Assembly: GCA_963666055.2 (NCBI GenBank) | Contig: CAXWPH010000015.1 | Coordinates: 1,024,001 to 1,088,000 of the forward strand | Source of the DNA: Acidobacteriota bacterium | GTDB lineage: Bacteria > Acidobacteriota > UBA890 > WLXD01 | Reading direction: 5' to 3' | DNA length: 64,000 nucleotides | In this document: piece by piece, positions 30,405 to 41,778 of the stretch | Layout of the letters: each line of letters starts with the position of its first letter | How positions within the stretch are numbered: the stretch's first letter is position 1 | Position numbers and translations under genes: made by a program | The notes under the pieces: generated by a model | Databases searched by the model: none | Told to the model about the DNA's origin: nothing | Seen by the model: only the letters and a program-made list of their open reading frames with translations

Positions 30405-32907
30405 ATGAAACCCGGCACCAAACTAGGCCACTACGAGATCCTTGCTCCACTCGGTGCAGGCGGAATGGGCGAGGTGTATCGAGCCCGCGATTCCAACCTG
30501 GATCGTGATGTCGCCATCAAGGTGCTGCCGGACGACTTCGCCACCGACGCTGATCGGTTAGCCCGATTCGAGCGCGAGGCGAAGGCCCTCGCGGCGCTCG
30601 ATCATCCCAACATCGTGACGATTCACTCTTTCGAGGAGATCGATGGGATCAGGTTTCTCGCTATGCAGTTGGTGGAGGGAGACACCCTCGCGGATCTGGT
30701 GCCGGCGCAGGGGTTCTCGCTTGCTAGATTCATGGAGTTGTCGATCCCCGTGGTCGACGCGGTTGGTGCGGCGCACGAGAAAGGCATCACGCACCGCGAT
30801 CTGAAGCCCACCAACATCATGGTCGGATCCGACGGCAGGGTTCGGGTGCTCGACTTCGGGCTCGCGCGGCTGAGTCGCGCAAGTACGGAGGATGAGGATG
30901 CGAGCCAGGCCGCCACGACCCTGGTGACGGTGGCCGGGAAGGTGTTGGGAACCACGGCGTACATGTCACCCGAGCAGGCCGCGGGCGGTTTGCTCGATCA
31001 CCGGTCGGACATCTTCTCGCTCGGGATCCTGTTCTACGAGATGCTCACTGGCAGGCGCCCGTTCGGCGGTGATACGCGCGCCGAGGTGATCACCTCCATC
31101 ATTCGCGACACCCCGCCTTCGCTGACCGAGTCGCACCCGATGTTGCCCGGACGGGTTGCCGAGATCATCGAGCGCGCGCTCGCGAAGGATCCCGACGACC
31201 GTCCTTCGACGAGAGAGTTAAAAGCCGAATTCGAGGCACTTCGCGGGGATGGTGTCGCCTGGCAGGGCGACACCGGTCGCGCCGAGCCGCACGCGAATGC
31301 AAAGGTGGCGTCTCGGAGTCGCATGGGGCGCCTCGTCGCCACCGGGGTTCTGGGGGTGGTCGTCCTGTCGGTGAGTTACTGGGCGTGGCAAGCGCGATCG
31401 GGATCCGCATCGATCGATGTGGAGTCACTCTCGGCCGTGTCCGCGGCACGATCCGCGTACCTGCGTGGACTGGAGTTCAAGGGGGCCATTCAACCCTCAA
31501 GCTGCGTCGAGCAGATGGAGCGGGCGGTGGAGGTCGATCCCGACTTCGTGGTTGCCCACTACCATCTGTCGATCAGCGCCTCGTGGGATGGGCAGCAGGA
31601 CTTGGCGATCGAGCACGCCCGGCGCGCCAACGTTCTCCTGGATCTTGCCCCCGAACAGTTTCGTGCCGTGATCCAGAGCAACTTCTTCTTCGTCAACGAG
31701 ATGTACTCGGAGGCAGTCCCACAGGCCGAGGCGGCGCTTCAGGCGGATCCGGACAACGTCGATCTCTTGTACTTCCTCAACGAATTCGCCGTTCACCAGG
31801 CGCGCGACCCTGACATGCAAAGGGGTGCCGCCTACCTGAGACGTCTGATCGAGTTGGAGCCCGAATACCCGGTGGCGAACTTCGAGTTCCCCTGGGTACT
31901 TGGCTTGACGGGCAATGTCGCCGCGGGTCGCGCCGAGGTCGCGCGCCTCGAAGCGGCCGCCCCCCGTGCTCATGGGCGAATCCCTGGCCATGCTCGACGC
32001 TTTGGACGGCCGCATGTCCGACGCGCTCTCTGTCCCCGAAGGCGGTGTTTTCAGCACCCTTTGGCGGCCCGATTGGTTGGTGATCGACGGACAATGGGAG
32101 GCGGCCCAGAAGATCCTCCCCAGCCCCGATCCGGGGCGAGGAATGCTGTTTTCGCGGTCCCAGCTGTCCGCAGGGCACTTCTATGCGTACCGGGGACAGT
32201 TCGATCGGGCGATCGACCATTATGAGCGTTCCGCATCGACGGTGACTTTCCAGACGGGCGAGGGCCTGGGGACTGGTGTGCCGGCGTCGGCGCTGTTCTC
32301 GCTTGCCGAGCTCGTCGGGCTGCGTGACGCTGCGGCGGCCCTCGAGGCGGCGAAGCGAGGACTGGACCTGCAGCCCGAGAGCCCCCGGGGAAACTACTTT
32401 GCCGGCTTGTTTGCGCTGCGCGCCGGCGACCGCGGATTCGCCGACGAGCGACTCGCCGCCTTGCAGCAGCTTGCCGCGGCCGCGTCCGGTCCGGCCGGTC
32501 CGATCTACCGGGATGTGTTGGCCGCCGAGATAGCGATCGTCGACGGCGATGTGGCCGAGGCACGCCGGACACTCGAGCAGGTCGTCGGTGAGCCGCTGTG
32601 GTTCGACTGGATGGCCACGTGGGCGAACTCAGGGCCGATGTTCCACGATGCGTTGGCGCGGGCATGCCTGGCGACCGGCGATGTCGCGCCGGCGATCGAA
32701 ACGCTGGAGGCTCTGGTCGAATCGGGCTGGATGCGTCTCGATTACCCGGTGACCTACGTTCGTTCGCTACACAAGCTCGGCGTGCTCGAGCTCGGCGAGG
32801 GTAACGAATCCGAAGGGCAGGCGTATCTCCGTAGAGTCTTGGAACACTGGGACGCGGCGGAGTGGGCTATTGACGAGGTAATAGATGCCCGAGCCCGGAT
32901 ACGCTAG
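30405..32907 (+). pseudogene. Ser/Thr kinase-TM-TPR protein with a frameshift at ~31960 (possible sequence error)
   Basis: Full kinase motifs and a TM segment. Removing one C from the C6 run joins LEAAAP to VLMGESL of ORF 31915..32907. Confidence 0.82.
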
Positions 32908-33135
32908 CAGGCCGTGGCGGTGTACCGCGCTTCGAACGTTGGCCAGCACCGCGCGGAACTTCAACCCGACCAGCAGAGCGACCTGACCCCAAGAACGGAT
33001 CCAGAGGGGTACGAAGCGGAGTCGTTGTTTCTCATCAAGTCTGAGACTCGGAGGTCGTCGTGAGCCCTCCCGTGGACCCTCGCTAGGCTCAGCGATAGTC
33101 TTCAGGCGCTCAACCCACCCTGCTTCGGGAGCGCC

Positions 33136-35901
33136 ATGGAACCCGGCACCAAACTAGGCCCCTACGAGATCACCGAGCAGCTCGGCGCGGGCGGCATGGG
33201 CGAGGTGTGGCTGGCCGAGGACACACGCCTGGGCCGCAAGGTGGCGATCAAGGTGCTGCCTGCGGAGTTCGCCTCCGACCCCGAGCGCCTGGCCCGTTTC
33301 GAGCAGGAAGCCCGTGCTGCCGCCGCTTTGAACCACCCGCACATCGCCTCGGTCTTCGATGTGGGCGTCGAAGACGGCACTCACTTCATGGTGCAGGAGT
33401 ACCTGGAGGGGGACACGCTCAGGGTGCCGCTAGGCAAGGGCGCACTGCCGCTCACGAAGGCACTCGGCCTGGCCACCGAGATCGCCGAGGCGCTGGCAGC
33501 GGCGCATGCTGCCGGGATCATCCACCGGGATCTGAAGCCGGAGAACATCTTCGTCACCAAGGAAGGCCACGCCAAGGTGCTGGACTTCGGGTTGGCGAAG
33601 TTGACCGAGGTGGCGGTGAGCGGGTCACCGGGCGGAGCAACGCAGTCACCCACGATGATGGGGACGGTGGCCGGTCAGGTGATGGGTACTGCCGGGTACA
33701 TGGCCCCGGAGCAGGTCGAGGGCTCCGACAAGATCGACCATCGGGCCGACCTGTTCGCCTTTGGCTGCGTGCTGTACGAGATGGTCAGCGGCAGGCGGCC
33801 CTTTGCCGGTACCAACGTGCACGAGACGCTGGGGCGTATCGTCGACAAGGATCCCGAGCCGCTTGCTGCGATCGATGCACGTTTGCCCGCCGAGGTGCAA
33901 CGGATCGCCAAGAAGTGCCTGGCCAAGGATCCGGGTCGTCGTTACCAGACCGCCACTGATCTGGCGGTCGATCTGCAAACCCTCAGGGCCGATGTCCAGG
34001 CTGGTCAGGCAGTGTCGGTCGGTGAGCTCAACCAACTGGGTGAATCGCGAGCAGCGGACGGCAGTGTTGCCGATGTGGCCAGCGGCCTATCCAAACGCAC
34101 GATTCCACTGAGATGGGCGGCGGCTCTCGTCGTGCTCAGTGCGTTCGCGGCAATGGCCGGCACCCGCGGCTTGATGACCTCCTTACCAGCATCCAACCAG
34201 CCTGTCGTGATGTTCGACATCGCGTTATCCGTGCCGTTCTCATACACGGGCCGACACATCTTAGATATTTCCAGCGACGGCACCGAGATCGTGATCGCAG
34301 CCGGAGCGCAGCTCCATCGGCGACGCACCGACGACGCGGATGCCCTCATCGCGATTCAAGGTACGGAAGGCGGCAGCCGAAGTCCGTTCATCTCCCCGGA
34401 TGGCACCGAGGTCGGTTTTTGGACCCCCGGACAAGCGGGAGGAGAGCTGCGGAAGGTATCGATCAACGGCGGTCTGCCGACGGTGCTATGCGCGGCGCTC
34501 AACCCGTGGGGCGCGACCTGGCTCGATGACGGCACCATTCTTTTCGGCCAGGGCAGCGAGGGGATCCTTCGCGTGTCTGCCGAAGGAGGAGATCCCGAGG
34601 TCGTCATAGCAGTTGCTGAAGGCGAGTGGGCGCACGGCCCGCGATTACTCCCGGACGGCGATTCCGTGCTCTTCACACTGCGAACAGGAACCGGTTCCTG
34701 GGACAATTCGCAGGTGGTCGTCGGCTCGTTGACCCATGACGATCGTCGTGTGCTCTTCGATGGCGGCACCGACGCGCGCTACCTGCCCACCGGACACATC
34801 GTCTATATCCGCGACGGAGTGCTCATGGCCCGTGTCGTCGACCTCGGCCGGCTCGAGGTCGGAGCCGAGACACGGCTGATGGACGGAGTCGCGCAGGCGC
34901 TGTCCAACCTCACCGGCGCCGGGCATTTCAATCTCTCTGCCAACGGCACACTCGCGTACGTGCAAGGGGCCGCGATGAGGTCGCGCGGTCCCCTTCCGGT
35001 CGTCTGGGTTGCCGACGGCACCGTTAGCGAGACGGTCTCCGGCGATCTCAACAGCGCGTCCCACCCGCGTCTGTCGCCGGATGAAAGCCACGTCGCCGTG
35101 ATGGTGACCGACGACGACGGCGTGAACTACGTCGAGGTTCAGGACCTGTCGCGTGGCATCTGGACACGATTGACGACCGAAGGCAACGGTCAGTTCCCGG
35201 TGTGGTCGCACGATGGTCGGAGCGTCTATTTCACCTCGAACCGCGGCGGAGAGCCGGCTATCTATCGACGGCCGATCGACTTCAGCAGGAGCGCCGAGGA
35301 AGTCTGGAGGCCGGGCGTGGAGGCGATTCTCGTGGTGGACTCAGCTTCCCGAGATGGCCGCTATCTCTTCACCACAGCCTTCCGCGACGCCACGCTCCCG
35401 CATACCTGGGTAGTACGGCTTGACCAGCCGCCGACCGCCCAGCCGCTCTTCGATGACGGCTTTCGCGGGCACGCACAGATTCATCCCAGTGGCAAGTGGA
35501 TCGCCTTCGTCAGCGAAGCGATCGGCGGACAGCCCGACGTTCTCGTGGCGGAGTTCCCCGTTGGCAGAACATGGCAGATTTCGTCCGGCCCCGGCGAGGA
35601 GCCGATGTGGTCCAGGGACGGCACCCAGCTCTTCTATCGCGAGGCCGAGAGGATGATGGCGGTGCATGTGGAAACAGATCCCGAGTTTCGGCCACAGGCA
35701 CCGCGTGAGCTGATAGCTCAATTCGTGGCCCCGACGCCCGTGGCCTGGATCGGCAGCGGCGGTTACGACGTCGCCGGCGATGGACGCTTTCTCACCACGA
35801 TCGGCACGCCCACTCGCCCCGAAGACGACGACACCCCGAGCGTTCGGGTGGTGCTCAACTGGTTCGACGAGCTGAAGCGGCTCGTGCCGACGGATCCGTA
35901 G
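33136..35901 (+). CDS. Ser/Thr protein kinase with TM and PD40 beta-propeller
   Basis: Complete Hanks motifs, TM segment, SPDG/WSRDG blades, ends VVLNWFDELKRLVPTDP*. Confidence 0.95.
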   Translation: MEPGTKLGPYEITEQLGAGGMGEVWLAEDTRLGRKVAIKVLPAEFASDPERLARFEQEARAAAALNHPHIASVFDVGVEDGTHFMVQEYLEGDTLRVPLGKGALPLTKALGLATEIAEALAAAHAAGIIHRDLKPENIFVTKEGHAKVLDFGLAKLTEVAVSGSPGGATQSPTMMGTVAGQVMGTAGYMAPEQVEGSDKIDHRADLFAFGCVLYEMVSGRRPFAGTNVHETLGRIVDKDPEPLAAIDARLPAEVQRIAKKCLAKDPGRRYQTATDLAVDLQTLRADVQAGQAVSVGELNQLGESRAADGSVADVASGLSKRTIPLRWAAALVVLSAFAAMAGTRGLMTSLPASNQPVVMFDIALSVPFSYTGRHILDISSDGTEIVIAAGAQLHRRRTDDADALIAIQGTEGGSRSPFISPDGTEVGFWTPGQAGGELRKVSINGGLPTVLCAALNPWGATWLDDGTILFGQGSEGILRVSAEGGDPEVVIAVAEGEWAHGPRLLPDGDSVLFTLRTGTGSWDNSQVVVGSLTHDDRRVLFDGGTDARYLPTGHIVYIRDGVLMARVVDLGRLEVGAETRLMDGVAQALSNLTGAGHFNLSANGTLAYVQGAAMRSRGPLPVVWVADGTVSETVSGDLNSASHPRLSPDESHVAVMVTDDDGVNYVEVQDLSRGIWTRLTTEGNGQFPVWSHDGRSVYFTSNRGGEPAIYRRPIDFSRSAEEVWRPGVEAILVVDSASRDGRYLFTTAFRDATLPHTWVVRLDQPPTAQPLFDDGFRGHAQIHPSGKWIAFVSEAIGGQPDVLVAEFPVGRTWQISSGPGEEPMWSRDGTQLFYREAERMMAVHVETDPEFRPQAPRELIAQFVAPTPVAWIGSGGYDVAGDGRFLTTIGTPTRPEDDDTPSVRVVLNWFDELKRLVPTDP

Positions 35902-35964
35902 CCGCTCAGATGACCCTCGGGATCGACGACGACGGGCCTCCAGCGCGGCTCGGGGTGAGCCTCG

Positions 35965-36696
35965 CTACGGGCGACTCTGTCGTTGCAACAACTCGGTCAA
36001 CCGATCGAGCGATGTGAGAAGGTCGGCCAGACCCCGGGCCGCGAAATCGCCGTAGAAATGCCTCACAGCCAGGGCACCGGCGAGCTCGCTCGAACGTCGA
36101 ACCGTCGCATAACCCGATACATCGACCTCGGGCTGCCCCATGAACCAAGGAAGCACCCGGTCGAAGTACGGACCCAGCTCGATGTCGCGGGCGAGTAGCG
36201 GGACCACCTGCTCGTTGACGATGGCGCGCACGACGTGCTCGTCCTCCGATGTGTCCACAAGGATCCGCCTCCAGTTGGCGAGCTCCCCTCGAATCTCATC
36301 GCTCTGGATCAGCTCGATGTCGCCCGAGGCCAGAGCCGCTTCCAGGGCATTCGCTACGGGCTCATAGGTCGACGCACCGATGACGGCGAGGACCAGCGGG
36401 TCCGGCACCTCCACAAGTCCACTGTCTCCCGTGGGAGCCACGAGATCTCGCATCAGCAGGTTGTCGCGAGTCTGCTTCTGCGTGCCCTCGAGGCGCTGCA
36501 GGAGGAGGGGCCGACTCGCCTGGAAGTCCGACAGGAGATCCGCCAGCAGTCCGGCCTCCCGAACTCGCTCGTTGCGCTCGTCCCACCAGGCATCGACAGC
36601 GAACGCCAGCAGGATGGACAGGACGACGGCAGCGCTGTCCGCCAGGAGCGGTCGCCACCGGATCTCCGATTGTCGAGCGCTTGCCTCGGGGGTCAT
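35965..36696 (-). CDS. Hypothetical membrane-anchored protein
   Basis: N-terminal TM (VVLSILLAFAVDAWWD) followed by a helical region. Confidence 0.7.
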   Translation of the reverse strand: MTPEASARQSEIRWRPLLADSAAVVLSILLAFAVDAWWDERNERVREAGLLADLLSDFQASRPLLLQRLEGTQKQTRDNLLMRDLVAPTGDSGLVEVPDPLVLAVIGASTYEPVANALEAALASGDIELIQSDEIRGELANWRRILVDTSEDEHVVRAIVNEQVVPLLARDIELGPYFDRVLPWFMGQPEVDVSGYATVRRSSELAGALAVRHFYGDFAARGLADLLTSLDRLTELLQRQSRP

Positions 36697-36872
36697 GCTC
36701 TAATACTGGCTGGTCTGCGTCGAACCAAGGCCGAAGCCTTGTGCTGTGGACGAACCTTGTGACTGTTTCGGTGATGCCGGCTACAACTTGCCAGGACAGC
36801 TGACGCGACTCAAGAGCCGTCACCCGTCTTGAACTTCCGGCTCATCGCCTCCAGCGTCGTGTGAACCCGCCC

Positions 36873-37016
36873 TTCTTCGATAACCTCGATGTCAGGGCGG
36901 ACGGTCGCGTGCTCTTGCCCGACATTCGGCTCGAAGCCGGCCGGCCGCGCCAGCAAATCTACGTAGTTCTTCGCTGGGACCAAGAGGTAGTCAGCTTCGG
37001 TTCAACAGATCGCTGA
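36873..37016 (+). pseudogene. Diverged propeller C-terminal relic
   Basis: FFDNLDVRADGRVLLP...QIYVVLRWDQEV...*, homologous to the kinase tails. Confidence 0.6.
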
Positions 37017-37051
37017 GGCAGTGCGGAATCTTCCCGCCCCGATCGCTGCTC

Positions 37052-37103
37052 GGTGGTCAACTGGTTCGACGAGCTGAAGCGGCTCGTGCCGACGGACCCG
37101 TAG
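37052..37103 (+). repeat. Orphan kinase-tail repeat
   Basis: GTGGTCAACTGGTTCGACGAGCTGAAGCGGCTCGTGCCGACGGACCCGTAG. Confidence 0.95.
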
Positions 37104-37475
37104 CGCGCTCAGCCGAGTCTCGCGAGCGTTGACGGTGGTGCTGGGCTGCATCTCCCTCGGCTCCACCCCAGCCACCTCAGCGGCTTCCAGACGCAACGCT
37201 AGCTGCTGCTCTGGGATCGCCGTCGGTGTCGTTGCCAGCTTCGCCAGCGTGAGGTCGGCCAGCGTGCGGTTATTGCATTCCCGCAGTGCTGAGGAAGTCT
37301 CCAGCCAGATGCCGTCGACGTGGGCGATCTGGGTGGTTGGGGTGAGCTTCATGCGCGGGAGCCTACTCACCGTCGAGGACCCGACACCGAAAGCCCTCAC
37401 GCCAAGCCCGAAATCGGCTTGTACCACTTTAGTACCGATTCCAGGCCCCAGAGGGGTGTTTCAGGGGGTACAGAT

Positions 37476-38741
37476 CTACGGCCTTGGCAAGGATGTCTCT
37501 GATTGGCTTGCTGAAATATGGGAAGGGATGATCGGCTTATCGCGCTTCACGCGATAGCGGAACCATCCTTCCATCATCTCGTCGCGCGAGTCCCGACCAT
37601 AGACAACCTTCAGGCTCGGGTTCGGGTTTCGGGGATTGTTCTCGGAGTTGTCGAAGTGGGCAGTAACCCGAAGCTTTGTTCCCTTCGTTAGCGGCACAGG
37701 CTCCGCCAAGTAGTAGCTTAGCTGCCAGTTGAAATCGTAGTTCGGAACCGACAGCAGGATCTCTTCCCGGCCGTCTGGATAGATCACCTCGTACATCATG
37801 TCTTTGCCGCGATAGTGCATGTGGGGTTCGAGGCTTAGCAGCTCGACGTCGACGTCGAACTCCATCTCGGCGACGCTTTCATAATTCGGCTCGTACGGTG
37901 GGATCTCGATCTTCCGATCTCTGACAAGGCCGTCGCGAAGCACGTCGGTGATCGGATATCGTGCCAGCCAGACACCGACCTGGGCGCGATCGAATTCTTC
38001 CTGGCCACTCGGGTGGTAGTGCATATCGAACTGTAACGTCGATCCGGCCGGGATCACCTTGCCCGCGCCTTGCGGGAGAATGTGCGGGTGAAGTCCGGGG
38101 ATTATGTTGCCGACGTAGGTGGGGCTGCCGTCCGGACGTATCGCACTCACACTGCCGTGGTGAATCACCCGGGGATTGCCTCGCATCTCCACCGCCCTGG
38201 CCCAGATGTCCTCTGCGAGGTTTGCAGGCGCCGTGATGTGAGGGAATTGGTCCGGGCCACCCGCTGGAATGCGATACGGCTCTTCCATCTCGAAGATGTA
38301 GTCAGGTGGCCCAAGCTCGGCGCTGAGGGCCCAGCCCTCGACGAAGGCCGGCGGCGTGAATTCGCCCTCTCCCCGGGGAGCTCCCGCTGAGACCCACTCT
38401 ACGATCGTTCCGACCTGCTCGCTGGTCAGGCGGCGATCATTGGCAAACCGACCGTAGCGCGGATCTGCCTTCCACGGCGGCATGATCCGCTCGCGAACAA
38501 CTTGTCTGATCGACTTGGCCCAGGGGCGTACTTCCTCATAGGTCAACAGGGACATGGGAGCAACTTCCCCCGGTCGATGGCAGCTCATGCAGCTGTCCGC
38601 CAGTAGGGGGCCGACGTCGCGCGTCCACGTCGGCACGCTCGGTTCCTCGGCGCTTGATTGGCCGAGGCTGGCTCGACCGAGAGTCGCCACACCAACCGTC
38701 GCCACCAACGTCGCCACTGTTCCAACGAGGACTTTCCGCAT
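37476..38741 (-). CDS. Heme c (CxxCH) + copper type II monooxygenase-like protein
   Basis: CMSCH, MPPW, IHH, HYH, PHMHYRGK, YDFNWQ, DEMM. Confidence 0.8.
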   Translation of the reverse strand: MRKVLVGTVATLVATVGVATLGRASLGQSSAEEPSVPTWTRDVGPLLADSCMSCHRPGEVAPMSLLTYEEVRPWAKSIRQVVRERIMPPWKADPRYGRFANDRRLTSEQVGTIVEWVSAGAPRGEGEFTPPAFVEGWALSAELGPPDYIFEMEEPYRIPAGGPDQFPHITAPANLAEDIWARAVEMRGNPRVIHHGSVSAIRPDGSPTYVGNIIPGLHPHILPQGAGKVIPAGSTLQFDMHYHPSGQEEFDRAQVGVWLARYPITDVLRDGLVRDRKIEIPPYEPNYESVAEMEFDVDVELLSLEPHMHYRGKDMMYEVIYPDGREEILLSVPNYDFNWQLSYYLAEPVPLTKGTKLRVTAHFDNSENNPRNPNPSLKVVYGRDSRDEMMEGWFRYRVKRDKPIIPSHISASQSETSLPRP

Positions 38742-38799
38742 CGTGCTCTTCCCTCTGTTTCATGGCACGCCGTACCGTTCTCCAACTAACGGTCTGGGC

Positions 38800-39543
38800 T
38801 CAGCCTTCATCATCCTCCGGCGGTACCAGCTCGATCGTGTCGATCTCGATCTTCTCTCCCCTCCAGGTGCCCGCCACCCGCACCCTTTGGCCGGCGTAGC
38901 CCAGCAGCTCCTCTTCGAACTCCGCCGTATTGGTGAACTCGATGGCGATCCCGCCAAGTCGTGAGATCAGCGCCAGGTCCTCCGCCGAGTGCACACGTTC
39001 CCTCACCCAGGCGGCGGGGTCTTCGGCGTCCTCCGGCGGAGCGAGCTCCGTGCGGTGGCCGACCACGCCAGGGTGGTCCGTGTAGAACTCCTCAGGCTCA
39101 CCGACATAGAGCAGGCCCGTGTCCTGCCTGTTCCCTACGATCTCGAACTCGCCCAAAGGGCTAACGACGGTGCCCGTGACCCGATCGCCGTCGAGGCTGA
39201 GCGTGTACTCGTAGGCCCCGAACTCGACAAACATCGTGCCATCCTCCAAGCGGAAGTCATCGACTCCGACCAGGCTGTCAGCCACCGAGGTCATCTGGGC
39301 GAGCAACTCGCCGTCGGCTTCCTCCACTTTCAGAACGACCGTCTTGCCCGCACCCGAGGAGGGTGCCGCGGCGGGCATCATCTGACCCCCGAGGCGCCGC
39401 CCTGGGACTTCACTCGACTTCAGGTTCCAGGTGCCAACGGGGTCCGGCTCTGGTTCCATCGAGGCTGTGCAGGCCGCCAAGACGATGATGGCCAGCCCAG
39501 CAAACAGGGGGGGCCACAAGCCGCTTCGCAATGCTGTCCTCAT
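38800..39543 (-). CDS. Hypothetical lipoprotein
   Basis: Lipobox LAAC after a hydrophobic stretch. Confidence 0.7.
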   Translation of the reverse strand: MRTALRSGLWPPLFAGLAIIVLAACTASMEPEPDPVGTWNLKSSEVPGRRLGGQMMPAAAPSSGAGKTVVLKVEEADGELLAQMTSVADSLVGVDDFRLEDGTMFVEFGAYEYTLSLDGDRVTGTVVSPLGEFEIVGNRQDTGLLYVGEPEEFYTDHPGVVGHRTELAPPEDAEDPAAWVRERVHSAEDLALISRLGGIAIEFTNTAEFEEELLGYAGQRVRVAGTWRGEKIEIDTIELVPPEDDEG

Positions 39544-39781
39544 CAGACCCTCCCGGACACAAGCCTACGACCCGTCTCCGAACAGGCGTGCGGCGACAGG
39601 CGCAATCAGCACCGTGCTGGCGAGAAAGCCGGCGCCGACTGCAGCTGCGAGGGGGGGGCGCCGACGGGGCTCGTCCTAACGATCATCGACGCCCTCCTTC
39701 CGCCGGCCGGGTGTTGCTCCCGCCGGCCAGCGTCAGTGTATCCGCCACGCTCGCTCGGAGCGAGGGCGGAGCCAGGCTCGT

Positions 39782-41611
39782 CTACTGCTCCGCCGCAGAG
39801 TTGCCCACACCGCCCGCATCGACGATCGCCGTCGACGACACGCCCGGCAGATCGCCGTGCACCAGCACGCCCTCCATCATCACCGCCGAAGGGTGCACGT
39901 CGGGAATGTCCTTGGGGTCGATCGTGAACAGGTCCTCGTCGAGCACCACCAGATCGGCCAGCTTGCCGACCTCTAGCGAGCCGATGCGATCCTCCAGGCG
40001 GAACGGGTAGGTGCCGTTGACGGTGAACCCGCGCAGGATCGTATGCAGATCGATGCGCTCGGTGGCGGGAGGTAGAGGCGGTCGAGTCCTATCCCCGCCT
40101 CGCGGCGGCCGGGGCGGCGCCTGGCGCGTGTGGGCGCCGTGTATGGTCAGAAACGGGCTGATCACCGAAAGGCCCCAGTCGTCGCTGGAGAAGGTCACGC
40201 GGGCGCCGGCGTCAAACATCGACTTGGCCATGTAGGTACGCGCTGTGCGCTCCGGGCCCAGGCCTCGTGCCCCCGAGCTGCCCGCGTTCGCGCCGGCGAA
40301 CCACCACGCCGTGAAGTTGGCGGAGACGTCGAGCGGCGCGAAGCGCGGTATGTCGGCGGGATCGATGATCTGGAGGTGAGACAGCGTGATTCGGGTGTAC
40401 AGCTCGTCCGCGACCGCAGCCCTCGCCGCCTCCACGGCGTCGAGGGTGGCACGCACGGCACGGTCGCCGATGGTGTGCACGTGCAGGTCGAGCCGCGCCT
40501 CGTGCAGCTCGAGGATGAAGTCCGACAAGTCGGGCACCGACATCATGGTGTTGCCGGAGGAGCCAGGGTCGTCGGCGTAGGGCTCGAGCAAGGCTCCGGA
40601 GCGATTGGCGTTGATGCCGTCCATGAACAACTTGACGGTGCGGAATCTCAACCGCTCTCCGCCATACGTCCGCTGCAGCCGCCGCATCTCCTCAACCGCC
40701 GCGAAGCGACGCTCGGGAACGAACACCTGGTAGGTGCCCTCGTAGCGCAGCGGCAGCTCGCCGGCACGGTCGAGACGGGCCAGCAGGGCGTATACGTGGT
40801 CCTCGTAGCCGAAGTTGCCGCCGTCGTAGACCGTCGTCACGCCGTTCTCCGACAGCGTCTGCAGGAACGCCACCACGCTGGCCTCGTGCTCTTCGTCATC
40901 GACGTCGAACTGCGACGTCAGGTGCTGCCAGCCCGCCCCTTCCTTGACCCACCCCGTGGGGGCGCCGTCGGCATCGCGGGCGTACATGGCGACCCCGGGT
41001 CGCGGATCGGGCGTGCTGGCGTCGACCCCGAGCACCTCGAGCGCCTTCGAGTTTAGCCAGTAGCTGTGCCAGAAACGGCTGGCGATCCACAGCGGCCGGT
41101 CGGCGACGATGCGGTCGAGGTCGCGTCGGTGCGGCCCCGTGGCCCCGTCGACGAACGCCTCGTTGGGCCAGCAGCAAAGTCGGATCCACCCCTCCCCTGG
41201 ATAGCTCTCGACGTGGTTGCGCAGCGATTCGAGGAACTCCTCGCGGCTGGAGCCGCTGACCGACCCGTCGTAGTCCTCGAGGTCTATGTAGCCGGGATGC
41301 GTGTGCCCGTCGATGAGGCCAGGCAACACGAGGCGTCCGGCCAGATCGACCGTGCGCGTGGCATCGGACACGAAGGCCGCCGCGCCGGCATCGTCCCCCA
41401 CGTAGGTGAACTCGCCGTCCGCGACCGCCACCGCGGTGGCCGATGGGTTGGCGTCGTCCATCGTCACGATGTGGCCGCCGGTGAACACCCAGTCGGCGCC
41501 GCCGTCCGAACGACCGCCGCCGCCGTCGCCAGGGCCGCAGCCCGCCATGAGTGCCGTTGCCGCCAGTAAGGTCAGCCGGACGCCGGAGATTTTGTCGGGC
41601 TTCTTGTTCAT
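39782..41611 (-). CDS. Amidohydrolase 3 (YtcJ-like) lipoprotein
   Basis: PGLIDGHTH, KLFMDG, HTIGDRA, GSLEVGKLADL. Confidence 0.9.
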   Translation of the reverse strand: MNKKPDKISGVRLTLLAATALMAGCGPGDGGGGRSDGGADWVFTGGHIVTMDDANPSATAVAVADGEFTYVGDDAGAAAFVSDATRTVDLAGRLVLPGLIDGHTHPGYIDLEDYDGSVSGSSREEFLESLRNHVESYPGEGWIRLCCWPNEAFVDGATGPHRRDLDRIVADRPLWIASRFWHSYWLNSKALEVLGVDASTPDPRPGVAMYARDADGAPTGWVKEGAGWQHLTSQFDVDDEEHEASVVAFLQTLSENGVTTVYDGGNFGYEDHVYALLARLDRAGELPLRYEGTYQVFVPERRFAAVEEMRRLQRTYGGERLRFRTVKLFMDGINANRSGALLEPYADDPGSSGNTMMSVPDLSDFILELHEARLDLHVHTIGDRAVRATLDAVEAARAAVADELYTRITLSHLQIIDPADIPRFAPLDVSANFTAWWFAGANAGSSGARGLGPERTARTYMAKSMFDAGARVTFSSDDWGLSVISPFLTIHGAHTRQAPPRPPRGGDRTRPPLPPATERIDLHTILRGFTVNGTYPFRLEDRIGSLEVGKLADLVVLDEDLFTIDPKDIPDVHPSAVMMEGVLVHGDLPGVSSTAIVDAGGVGNSAAEQ

Positions 41612-41778
41612 CCACCTGGCTCCTACGCCTGACCCCGGTGCCCCCGCCACGCCGATGCAATCCTATCGCTCCGCAACGGTCGCCGGGAGGGCTGGCCGCC
41701 GACGCGGTCGCCCCGGCAGACGCTGCGCGTCCCGGCGCTCCGCCGGCGGTGACGCAGTGAGCTCTGCCAGGCTGGCGA

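Noticed and set aside
37130-37430. Short minus-strand ORF 37002..37427
   Set aside because: No recognisable family or clear start; left uncalled.
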